Shown: positions 9,074 to 17,169 of the stretch, one piece after another | Layout of the letters: each line of letters opens with the position of its first letter | Numbering within the stretch: position 1 is the first letter of the stretch | IMG/VR virus record: IMGVR_UViG_3300019487_000003 | Span: 1 to 64,000 of that record | DNA length: 64,000 nucleotides | Source of the DNA: a virus | Direction: 5' to 3' (one strand) | Position numbers and translations under genes: made by a program | Notes under the pieces: model-generated | The model's input: only the letters and a program-made list of their open reading frames with translations | The model's database searches: none | What the model was told of the DNA's origin: nothing

Positions 9074-9473
9074 AACATTTACTGATTATAAGGCTTTTCA
9101 ATCAAAGCTGTTCGATCTTTTTTGTGATTATCTTTTGAAAGAACAAGAATTAAAAATTACAGAAGTTATTTCTGGTGGTGCCAGAGGTGTTGACAAGCTA
9201 GGCATGAAATATGCCAGTTTGAATAAGATTCCCTGCACATTATTCCCTGCTGAATGGAATAAACATGGTTTAGGTGCTGGTCCTATAAGAAATAAAAGAA
9301 TGGCTGAATATGGTGATTTACTTATTGCATTTTGGGATGGTAAAAGTTCTGGAACAAAAAATATGATTGAAGAAATGCAAGCATTAAATAAACCCGTTCA
9401 TATTATAGACATTCCTGTGGCGAAACCAGTCCAAAGACCCTCGTTAGGGAAACACTTGGTTGAAAAAGAATGA
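9048..9473 (+). CDS. SLOG / DUF2493-like (DprA-Smf/LOG-related Rossmannoid) protein
   Basis: 'MRVIIAGTRTF...VISGGARGVDKLGMKYA' matches the SLOG/DUF2493 signature. The internal ATG at 9048 is preferred over 8955. Confidence 0.55.
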   Translation: MRVIIAGTRTFTDYKAFQSKLFDLFCDYLLKEQELKITEVISGGARGVDKLGMKYASLNKIPCTLFPAEWNKHGLGAGPIRNKRMAEYGDLLIAFWDGKSSGTKNMIEEMQALNKPVHIIDIPVAKPVQRPSLGKHLVEKE

Positions 9474-9691
9474 ATCCTGTTGAATATAAGATTTCTCCTC
9501 TTTGCCATCATTGCAAAAAGCATTTTGTTGTTCATTGCAGTTGTGAGTTGGGAAGATGTGCATATCCTAATTGCGGAAATGTGACTGATCTCAGATTTAG
9601 TCCTATAAATGGAAACGAACACTGCACAATTCATGCTGTTGAATTTTTAGAAGGCGATAGATCGTATCTGGTGAATCATAATGAAGATTGA
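9470..9691 (+). CDS. Small Cys/His-rich (zinc-binding-like) protein
   Basis: 73 aa with CHHC...CSC...C..C and further C/H residues. ATGA overlap with the upstream gene. Confidence 0.45.
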   Translation: MNPVEYKISPLCHHCKKHFVVHCSCELGRCAYPNCGNVTDLRFSPINGNEHCTIHAVEFLEGDRSYLVNHNED

Positions 9692-10115
9692 GGAGATAGA
9701 AGACTTCTGGTCAGAAGATTCCAAAATAGATAGAACAAATCTTGATGGTGAATCACTCAAAATCCCCGAACTACATAATAAGTATTACAAAATTTACATT
9801 AGAGAAAAGGTTTTACTTTCTAAGAAACAAACCGAATTAGATGTCTTATTAAAAGACAAATGGGAATTATATACAGGGAAATTAGATAAACAAACACTTC
9901 AAGAAAGAGGTTGGGAGCAATTTGATTACGTTGTATTGAAGGGTGATATTGAAAAATATCTTGATGCTGATTCTGAATTGATTGAAAAGAAACTTGAAGT
10001 CTCTATTAATAGGGAAAAGGTTCAATATCTCCAGGATATTATTTCTGTTATTAACAACCGTTCTTTTCACATTAAGAACGCAATTGAATATTTAAAATGG
10101 ACACAAGGCGCATAA
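9681..10115 (+). CDS. uvsY: Recombination mediator UvsY
   Basis: Size and pattern match T4 UvsY, including the C-terminal 'RSFHIKNAIEYLKW' versus T4 'RGFAIKHIQDMRAF'. Adjacent to uvsW. Confidence 0.75.
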   Translation: MKIEEIEDFWSEDSKIDRTNLDGESLKIPELHNKYYKIYIREKVLLSKKQTELDVLLKDKWELYTGKLDKQTLQERGWEQFDYVVLKGDIEKYLDADSELIEKKLEVSINREKVQYLQDIISVINNRSFHIKNAIEYLKWTQGA

Positions 10116-10321
10116 ACAAAAGAATGGCTGATAGAGTTAAATTGAATAGAAGAAATACAAATCTTTTCTTATCAATTTCCTTGGTTGTGGTATTACTATT
10201 GTTAATAGCATTGTTTAGTTTGACATACAAATTCATTTCAACGAGAAAAAATGCTGTAATAAATATCCTCAGAGATTCTTATTCTGAGGTAAGTGATGTA
10301 TCGAGAACTAATCAAAGTTAA
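10097..10321 (+). CDS. Small single-pass membrane protein (tentative)
   Basis: Basic N-terminus followed by the hydrophobic stretch 'LFLSISLVVVLLLLIALFSL'. Overlaps both neighbours slightly. Confidence 0.35.
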   Translation: MDTRRINKRMADRVKLNRRNTNLFLSISLVVVLLLLIALFSLTYKFISTRKNAVINILRDSYSEVSDVSRTNQS

Positions 10322-11765
10322 AAAGCATAACGAAGTTTATGCTGTTATTTTAGCTGATTCTGGAATTCTTAAAGAATTATCAGAATATTTCAAATTTAGA
10401 GTCCCAGGATATCAATTCATGCCTAGTTATAAGTCTAGGATGTGGGATGGTTACATTCGACTTTTCAATTCTCTGACGTGCCAATTATATCTAGGTCTTG
10501 TAAAATATCTAAAAGTTTTTGCTAAAGAAAGAGAATATGATATAGAAATAGACGATGAGATTTATGAATGTGAGCAAGAAGTAACAAAAGAAAAGATAGA
10601 TTCATTCATAGAAAATTTATCTCTCCCACATAAACTTAGAGATGCACAATATCTTGCACTTCAAGAGGCTATTACAAAGGGTCGAAATCTACTATTAAGT
10701 CCTACCGCTTCAGGAAAATCCCTAATCATTTACACTCTGATTAGATGGTTTGAAACAGAAAAAGTTTTGATAATAGTTCCAACAATTGGACTAGTAACAC
10801 AGATGATTGATGATTTTAAATCATACGGATTTAATACAAAACATTGTCATGGGATTTATGAATCTCAATCTAAAGAAACAGATAAAAGAATAGTTGTATC
10901 TACATGGCAATCAATTTACAAGCTACCCAAATCTTGGTTTAAACAATTTGGTGTTGTCATTGGTGATGAAGCACACCTTTACAAAGCTGAATCTATTAAA
11001 AAGATAATGCAAAATCTTGAAACCTGTAAATATAGATTTGGCACAACTGGAACACTTGATGGAACACAAACAAATAAACTTGTATTAGAAGGTTTATTTG
11101 GTCCTGTCTTTCAAGTTACTACAACAAAAAAATTGATGGATGAGGGTCATCTTGCAAAACTTAAAATAGATTGTTTGTTATTGAAATATGATGTTGAAGA
11201 ATGTAAGAACTTGAGAGATTCAACATACAGAGATGAAGTTAAATTTATTATAGAAAATAACAAAAGAAATTCTTTCATAACAAACTTAGCAGTTAATTTA
11301 GAGAATAACACGATGGTTCTTTTTCAGTATGTTGATAAACATGGAAAAATTCTATATGAATCTATTAAAAAGAAAGCAAAGGGAAGAAAGGTCTTCTATG
11401 TTTCTGGTGAAACAGATGCAGAATCAAGAGAACAAGTCAGAAAAATAACAGAAAAAGAAAGAGGTGTTATTATTGTTGCATCTTCTGGTGTATTCAGCAC
11501 AGGCATCAATATAAGAAACTTAGATAATATCATTTTTGTCTTCCCTAGTAAATCGAGAATCAAGACATTGCAAAGCATCGGCCGCGTTTTACGTGTAGGA
11601 GATTATTCAAATAAAGCTACATTATATGATATAGTTGATGACCTCAGTTATAAAGCATACAAGAATTTTGCACTAACACATTTTTTGGAGAGAGCTAAGA
11701 TATACAACTCCGAAAAATTCGATTACAAGATTCATAAAATCGACTTTGCTTCCAAAAAGAGCTAA
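10296..11765 (+). CDS. uvsW: UvsW-type SF2 DNA helicase
   Basis: UvsW-like N-terminal domain ('FKFRVPGYQFMPSYKSRMWDGYIRLF'), Walker A 'SPTASGKS', 'GDEAH' box, helicase C motifs. Confidence 0.88.
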   Translation: MYRELIKVKKHNEVYAVILADSGILKELSEYFKFRVPGYQFMPSYKSRMWDGYIRLFNSLTCQLYLGLVKYLKVFAKEREYDIEIDDEIYECEQEVTKEKIDSFIENLSLPHKLRDAQYLALQEAITKGRNLLLSPTASGKSLIIYTLIRWFETEKVLIIVPTIGLVTQMIDDFKSYGFNTKHCHGIYESQSKETDKRIVVSTWQSIYKLPKSWFKQFGVVIGDEAHLYKAESIKKIMQNLETCKYRFGTTGTLDGTQTNKLVLEGLFGPVFQVTTTKKLMDEGHLAKLKIDCLLLKYDVEECKNLRDSTYRDEVKFIIENNKRNSFITNLAVNLENNTMVLFQYVDKHGKILYESIKKKAKGRKVFYVSGETDAESREQVRKITEKERGVIIVASSGVFSTGINIRNLDNIIFVFPSKSRIKTLQSIGRVLRVGDYSNKATLYDIVDDLSYKAYKNFALTHFLERAKIYNSEKFDYKIHKIDFASKKS

Positions 11766-11797
11766 ATATCTTTGTAGACAAAACAAAGGATATTTGG

Positions 11798-12223
11798 ATG
11801 TCAATACTCAAATTGTTCCGATTAACGAATGGAGATGACATCATTGGATTTCTTGAAGACGTTGATAAAGAAATTGTCGCCGAATTAAATGGTGATAGTG
11901 ATAAAAATGTTAACTACGATCATATTGTTTTTGTAAGAGATCCTCTAAGACTTATATGGAGCTATGATGCTTCAACAAAAGGACATCAATTGTTCTTAAC
12001 AAGATGGATGCCCTTTAGTGACGATACATTCTTTGCAATTCCAAAAGATAAGGTTGTTACGATAGCTGATCCCATGATGGAGGTTGAAAAGCACTATTAT
12101 GAAATCAGTGACGAAACATTTCTTCCTGGCCAGATAGAAAAGGAACAAGATCCTCAAAAGAAACAGTATATGGAATTCTTGAAGGGTTGGGACATCGATC
12201 CTGATAAAGAAGAACCCCATTAA
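11798..12223 (+). CDS. Hypothetical protein, distant paralogue of 27167..27508
   Basis: Both share 'RL-x-(N/S)G(D/E)(D/E)(I/L)(I/L)' and later P/L/W and 'KxV' positions (alignment by eye). Confidence 0.5.
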   Translation: MSILKLFRLTNGDDIIGFLEDVDKEIVAELNGDSDKNVNYDHIVFVRDPLRLIWSYDASTKGHQLFLTRWMPFSDDTFFAIPKDKVVTIADPMMEVEKHYYEISDETFLPGQIEKEQDPQKKQYMEFLKGWDIDPDKEEPH

Positions 12224-12355
12224 CTTTCAATCCTAAGCTGCCGCGTTGTCATGGCTGAGGTCTTTGAGTCAATTTTATATCTGACCCTATTATTACCTTA
12301 ATATTGCAATCCAACCCACTATTTTAATTTATTTTACATGGAACAAAAATAATTG

Positions 12356-12384
12356 TTGTTTTTACTTGAAATGGGTGCTATATA
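12356..12384 (+). promoter_or_regulatory. Candidate orphan promoter TTGTTT-17-TGcTATATA inside the long non-coding region
   Basis: Extended -10 context TGn. No ORF follows for about 190 nt. Confidence 0.3.
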
Positions 12385-12455
12385 TCCGTAGTCCTTCCGG
12401 TACTGACCAGTAACTAACCAGTTCTAGTATATACCAAGTCCAAAATACCAGATAC

Positions 12456-12518
12456 CAAACACCCGAACGAAGTGAGGGTGTTTGATGCGAAGCATCCAAA
12501 ACAACTTCGTTGTTTTGG
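12456..12518 (+). other. Three abutting perfect hairpins: 9-bp stem, GATGC-GAA-GCATC containing the GCGAAGC mini-hairpin, and a 10-bp stem with TTC loop
   Basis: CAAACACCC (12456-64) pairs with GGGTGTTTG (12476-84). Second hairpin 12484-12496. CCAAAACAAC (12496-12505) pairs with GTTGTTTTGG (12509-18). Confidence 0.7.
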
Positions 12519-12542
12519 GCCTAAGTCCTTTTCATGTATAAT
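12515..12542 (+). promoter_or_regulatory. Promoter candidate TTGGGC-16-TATAAT upstream of gene 55
   Basis: Perfect TATAAT at 12537-12542, 40 nt upstream of the ATG. The -35 is weak. Confidence 0.4.
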
Positions 12543-12581
12543 ATAACTTGATCTTCCTTTAAGAAGATGTTAATGTGAAAT

Positions 12582-13145
12582 ATGGCAAAGGCAGAAAAAG
12601 ATAAAATTCACTACGTGGATAATAAGGAGTTCCTCAAAGCGATGAAGGAGCACCGTAAAGCCTTTCTAAAATCCAAAAAAGAAGGGACTCCAAAACCAAG
12701 AGTTTCAGAATACATAGGTGAATGTATTTTAAAGATAGCACAGAAACTAGCCAACAAATCAAACTTCATCAATTACACATTTAGAGAAGATATGATCAAT
12801 GATGGCATAGAAAATTGTCTCATGTATATCAATAACTTCAATCCTAACAAATCAAAACAACCATTCGCATACTTCACTCAAATAGTTTACTATGCCTTCA
12901 TTAGAAGAATTGCCCGAGAAAAGAAACATCTATACACCAAATTTAAAATGATTGAACAAGCAATGACAAATGATTTCTTTGAAACAAATGAAGATTCACC
13001 TGTCAATGCTCCAACAAAATACGGTTCAGAACATTCAAATAATTACATGCATGAATTTATGGACAATTTTGAAAAGCATAAGAACGAAAAGAAAGCAAAA
13101 ACAACTAAAAAGAAAAAGAAATCCTTAGAAAAATTTCTGGAGTAA
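12582..13145 (+). CDS. gp55: Late-transcription sigma factor gp55
   Basis: 'HYVDNKEFLKAM', 'NFINYTFREDMINDGIENCL' and 'PFAYFTQIVYYAFIRRIAREKK' align with T4 gp55 ('NYVNNKELLQAI', '[21 protein letters not shown]', '[22 protein letters not shown]'). Confidence 0.9.
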   Translation: MAKAEKDKIHYVDNKEFLKAMKEHRKAFLKSKKEGTPKPRVSEYIGECILKIAQKLANKSNFINYTFREDMINDGIENCLMYINNFNPNKSKQPFAYFTQIVYYAFIRRIAREKKHLYTKFKMIEQAMTNDFFETNEDSPVNAPTKYGSEHSNNYMHEFMDNFEKHKNEKKAKTTKKKKKSLEKFLE

Positions 13146-13147
13146 TT

Positions 13148-13939
13148 ATGTCTGCATTTTCTTATAGATGGCAATACTATGTTAAGCATCCTATCCAAGT
13201 ATTAAATGATCTTGAACGTTGGATAGCGTTTCGGACATATGATAGATATAACAGGGTTGAAATCCCTACATTAGAACCCAATTATTATGATAAAGATACA
13301 ATATTGCTACATTCATGCTTTGCACTTCTAACAGAATATGTTGAACTTGAATTAGGTGGAGAACAATATTGGGCCGATAATTTTGATCATGAAAAGTTTG
13401 ATAGAAGATATGAAAAAGAGTCAGATTTGGAACGGAAGGGTAAGAAATATCAATTAGCTCTTTATAAATTCTGGAATGAATTACATTGGCCAAAATTTAT
13501 TACACGTTTAGCCCCTTATAGGGGTTCGCGGGAATTGGGATTGAAAAATCTTGATCAAAGAATAGAAGACGCCACTGATCCTAATCTTCATGAAGATGAA
13601 AAATATTTTTATCAACATCATTCTGAAATTGCAAGAGAGATGAAGGTTTTATATCTTTGGTGGCATGACATCTTTCTCAAAAGAACAGATCCGAGTGATC
13701 GTTGCGGCCTTACAAAATATGTTGACGAACTTTATAAGAAATATGGAAGGACGCATAGATTTGTCCCTACTGGAACAAATGGTAAAGCATTTGAAAGAAT
13801 TTTTAATGGAACAAAGGAAGAGGAAGAAAAATATAGTGAACTTATCAAAGAGATGTTTGATATAGAACAGGATGATAGTTTAGAAGAAACAAACATGCTA
13901 AAAAGATTAATAGACGTTAAAGACAGACTTTGGAGTTAA
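13148..13939 (+). CDS. Hypothetical protein
   Basis: 263-aa ORF tightly packed after gene 55. No motif recognised. Confidence 0.55.
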   Translation: MSAFSYRWQYYVKHPIQVLNDLERWIAFRTYDRYNRVEIPTLEPNYYDKDTILLHSCFALLTEYVELELGGEQYWADNFDHEKFDRRYEKESDLERKGKKYQLALYKFWNELHWPKFITRLAPYRGSRELGLKNLDQRIEDATDPNLHEDEKYFYQHHSEIAREMKVLYLWWHDIFLKRTDPSDRCGLTKYVDELYKKYGRTHRFVPTGTNGKAFERIFNGTKEEEEKYSELIKEMFDIEQDDSLEETNMLKRLIDVKDRLWS

Positions 13940-13940
13940 T

Positions 13941-14330
13941 ATGGTATCGAAAGAAAAAATTTTGGACAGTCTATACAGCAATTGTCAAAATCGTTCGTTG
14001 TCAACTAAAGAAGTTACAACAAAAATGATGAAAGATTTGGGTATTGTTTTGAACGATCAACAAATCAAAGACCTTCAGGATGCAATTCGTCCATATAAGA
14101 ATAGTGGAGCTGGTTTAGAAAAAACCATTCATGTTGTTGAATGTATCATCAATTCAAATACATTTGGCCACGGAAATTATTGCTATTCTCAACCCACGAG
14201 TTTAGATGCCGCAGATTTAACTTGGAATAAAATAGAATTAAACTCTATGGATAATTCTGATCTGCAATCAATCACCGACAAAATTTTTGATAATTTCTGG
14301 AAGACTTTTTTAACTTTACCAAATAATTGA
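13941..14330 (+). CDS. Hypothetical protein
   Basis: 129-aa ORF starting 2 nt after the upstream stop. Confidence 0.5.
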   Translation: MVSKEKILDSLYSNCQNRSLSTKEVTTKMMKDLGIVLNDQQIKDLQDAIRPYKNSGAGLEKTIHVVECIINSNTFGHGNYCYSQPTSLDAADLTWNKIELNSMDNSDLQSITDKIFDNFWKTFLTLPNN

Positions 14331-14343
14331 AATATGTTATAAT
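14315..14343 (+). promoter_or_regulatory. Sigma70-type promoter TTTACC-17-TGtTATAAT, 6 nt before the ATG at 14350
   Basis: Hexamers, spacer and extended -10 read directly. No SD lies between the -10 and the ATG. Confidence 0.6.
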
Positions 14344-14349
14344 CTTCCA

Positions 14350-15456
14350 ATGAAGATTGGTATAGTTACTGACAATCATGCTGGTTGTCGAAATGACAGC
14401 CCTGTTTTTGTCGAATATTGCATTTCATTTTTTGAAAAGCAGTTCATACCCTATTTGTTAGAGAACAAAATAGATTACGTCATTCATCTAGGCGACGTTT
14501 TTGATCGTCGCAAATATGTCAATTTCAATACTCTGTTTCAATGGCGCAACAGAGTTTTTGATGTCTTACAAAAACATAATATTAAAATGGATATCCTTTT
14601 GGGTAACCATGACATCTATTATAAGAATACAAACGATATTAATAGTGTTTATGAGTTACTGAGAGGATATACTAACATAACAATATATGATAAACCTTTA
14701 ACAATCGAAGTAGATAATCTTCCAATATTCTTTTTACCGTGGACTCCACAAGGGGGAGAAGAAAATACTTTTAATGCAATAAAAGAAACTAACTCAGATG
14801 TTTGTATGGGACATCTTGAGATTAAGGGTTTTGAAATGCACGCCGGACAAGTTAATAGAGAACATGGTTTTGACCATAATCTTTTTGATAAGTTCGATAT
14901 AGTTCTTAGTGGCCACTTTCATCATAAGTCGAATAAGGGTAATATTTACTATCTAGGTGCACCATATCAAATGACTTGGAATGATTGGGGTGATATAAGA
15001 GGATTTCATACATTTGATACACAAACAAGAGAATTGATTTTTATAGAGAATAAAAGACAGATTTTCACAAAACTTTTTTACAATGACGAGAATAAAACCT
15101 TTCAGCAAGTCATGAAGGAGAAATCCGCAATCACTCGTAGGAATGGAGAGCTAATAAACAATGATGATTTTTTTGAAGGTTTAAAAGAACTATATGTAAA
15201 AATCATTGTAGAAAGAAAAGACAATCCATATTGGTATGATCAGTTCCTAGATAAAGTTTATGCTTCAAGCCCTGCTGACGTTTCTATAGTTGATCAAACT
15301 TTACAATCATATTCAGAGGAAGAAATAGATAGCGCAAAAGATACATTAACAATATTAAAAGAGCATGTATCATCCTTAGGTATACCTCAGGAAGATGATT
15401 TGAACTTGTTGTTATCGAATCTTTACAACGAGGCTTTGTCATTGGATATTGAATGA
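14350..15456 (+). CDS. gp47: Mre11/SbcD-type recombination nuclease gp47
   Basis: Calcineurin-like phosphoesterase motifs 'TDNHAG', 'LGDVFD', 'GNHD', 'GHLE', 'GHFH'. Upstream of and overlapping gp46. Confidence 0.88.
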   Translation: MKIGIVTDNHAGCRNDSPVFVEYCISFFEKQFIPYLLENKIDYVIHLGDVFDRRKYVNFNTLFQWRNRVFDVLQKHNIKMDILLGNHDIYYKNTNDINSVYELLRGYTNITIYDKPLTIEVDNLPIFFLPWTPQGGEENTFNAIKETNSDVCMGHLEIKGFEMHAGQVNREHGFDHNLFDKFDIVLSGHFHHKSNKGNIYYLGAPYQMTWNDWGDIRGFHTFDTQTRELIFIENKRQIFTKLFYNDENKTFQQVMKEKSAITRRNGELINNDDFFEGLKELYVKIIVERKDNPYWYDQFLDKVYASSPADVSIVDQTLQSYSEEEIDSAKDTLTILKEHVSSLGIPQEDDLNLLLSNLYNEALSLDIE

Positions 15457-17168
15457 TAATTTTCAAGAAAATAAGTTGGAAGAACTTTCTTTCAACTGGT
15501 AACACTCCAACTGTTATAGAACTTGATAAATGTTCTACTACCATTCTTGTCGGTGAATCTGGATCAGGGAAAAGCACTTTGTTAGATGCAATAACATTTG
15601 GGCTTTTTAATAAACCATTCAGAAATATCATCAAAAATAATATGATAAATTCTATCAATCAAAAAGATTGTTTGGTAGAAGTAGAGTTTGATATTGGGTC
15701 TAAAGAGTATCTTGTCAGAAGAGGAATCAAACCAAATATTTTTGAAATATATTGTGATGGTGAATTGATTAACCAGGACTCATCTGCAAGGGATTATCAA
15801 ATATATCTTGAAAAACAGATCCTTAAATTCAACTGTCGGTCATTCACTCAAATTATAGTATTAGGTGCAAGTAACTTCACTCCATTCATGCTATTAAAGC
15901 CTGTAGATAGAAGATTGATTATTGAGGAGCTATTGGATATACAAATCTTCTCTGTAATGAACACCCTCCTAAAACAGGCGATGGCAAACAACAAAACTGC
16001 AATCCACGAAAACGAGAATTTAATTTCTTTGATGGTCGAAAAAATCAAAGTTCATGAGAAGTATATTGGTGATTTAGAAAAAGATAACCAAGAGCATATT
16101 CATGATGCTGAAAATAAAATTGCAGGTAATCATCAACAGATTAGTAGAATTGAATCAGAAATAGAAGAAATTAAACTTAAGATTTCAGAGCAGAAAGAAT
16201 TGGTTGCCTTTGAAATAGAAGTTAATGCAAAACTGAAACAGCTTCTTGAACTTGAATCCAAATTAGAGAACAAGTCTCGTAAAGAAAAGAAGGAAATTGA
16301 ATTCTATAAAAAGAACGATGATTGTCCAACTTGTAAACAACATTTAGATGACCTTTTTAAAAATTCAGAGATTGAAAAGAAAACGCAGCTATTGGAAGAA
16401 ATAGAATCTGGGATGTTAAAGATAACAGAAAATGTTCAACGTTTAGAAGAAAAGAAATTAGTAGCTAATCAAATCAATAAAAAAATTGAATCGTTTGAAG
16501 TTGATATAGCAAAGAAAAATTCTTCTATCATGGCAATCAAAACCTTTATTCGTAAACTTGAAAGAGAAGTTGATGACTTAAAGAAACCGAAAAATAAAGT
16601 TGCAGAAGAAATGGATGTGTTATCTGGATTTAAATCGGAGATAGATAATCTTGAGAGACAAAAGGAGCAGCTTATTAAGGAAAGAAATTTGCAAGACTTA
16701 GCAAATGCTTTATTGAAAGACACTGGAGTTAAAGCAAGAATCATTAAACAATATTTACCACTTATCAACAAGTATACAAATAAATATTTGAATGATATGT
16801 CCTTCTTTGTTACATTCAGTATGAATGAAAATTTTGAGGAAGCAATTAAGGCTCGTGGTCGGGATGATTATTCTTACGGAAATTTTAGCGATGGTGAAAA
16901 ACAAAGATTAGATTTGGCTCTTTTGTTTACTTGGAGAGAAATAGCAAAGGTTAAAAACTCGATTAATACAAACCTACTTATTCTGGACGAAATAGCGGAT
17001 TCATATTTGGACTTAGAGTCCACAGAGAATATTCTCCAATTGTTGACATCTGATATTTTTCGTGGTATGAATATTATAGTAATCAGTCATAAAAATACTA
17101 TTGCAGATAAGTTTCAACGTGTGTTAAGATTTAAGAAAGAGAAAAATTTCAGTCGTATATTGGTGTAA
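15453..17168 (+). CDS. gp46: Rad50/SbcC-type ATPase gp46
   Basis: Walker A 'GESGSGKST', long coiled coil with zinc hook 'CPTC', signature 'FSDGEKQRL', Walker B 'LLILDE'. Confidence 0.9.
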   Translation: MIIFKKISWKNFLSTGNTPTVIELDKCSTTILVGESGSGKSTLLDAITFGLFNKPFRNIIKNNMINSINQKDCLVEVEFDIGSKEYLVRRGIKPNIFEIYCDGELINQDSSARDYQIYLEKQILKFNCRSFTQIIVLGASNFTPFMLLKPVDRRLIIEELLDIQIFSVMNTLLKQAMANNKTAIHENENLISLMVEKIKVHEKYIGDLEKDNQEHIHDAENKIAGNHQQISRIESEIEEIKLKISEQKELVAFEIEVNAKLKQLLELESKLENKSRKEKKEIEFYKKNDDCPTCKQHLDDLFKNSEIEKKTQLLEEIESGMLKITENVQRLEEKKLVANQINKKIESFEVDIAKKNSSIMAIKTFIRKLEREVDDLKKPKNKVAEEMDVLSGFKSEIDNLERQKEQLIKERNLQDLANALLKDTGVKARIIKQYLPLINKYTNKYLNDMSFFVTFSMNENFEEAIKARGRDDYSYGNFSDGEKQRLDLALLFTWREIAKVKNSINTNLLILDEIADSYLDLESTENILQLLTSDIFRGMNIIVISHKNTIADKFQRVLRFKKEKNFSRILV

Positions 17169-17169
17169 T

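Noticed and set aside
12224-12581. Possible tRNA or tmRNA-like gene in the long non-coding region
   Set aside because: There is no acceptor stem, no T-loop (GTTCRANYC) and no cloverleaf. The three hairpins have 9-, 5- and 10-bp stems, which are incompatible with tRNA arms.
15284-15658. 124-aa minus-strand ORF across the gp47/gp46 junction
   Set aside because: It is antisense to two motif-rich, overlapping + genes, so it is a shadow ORF.
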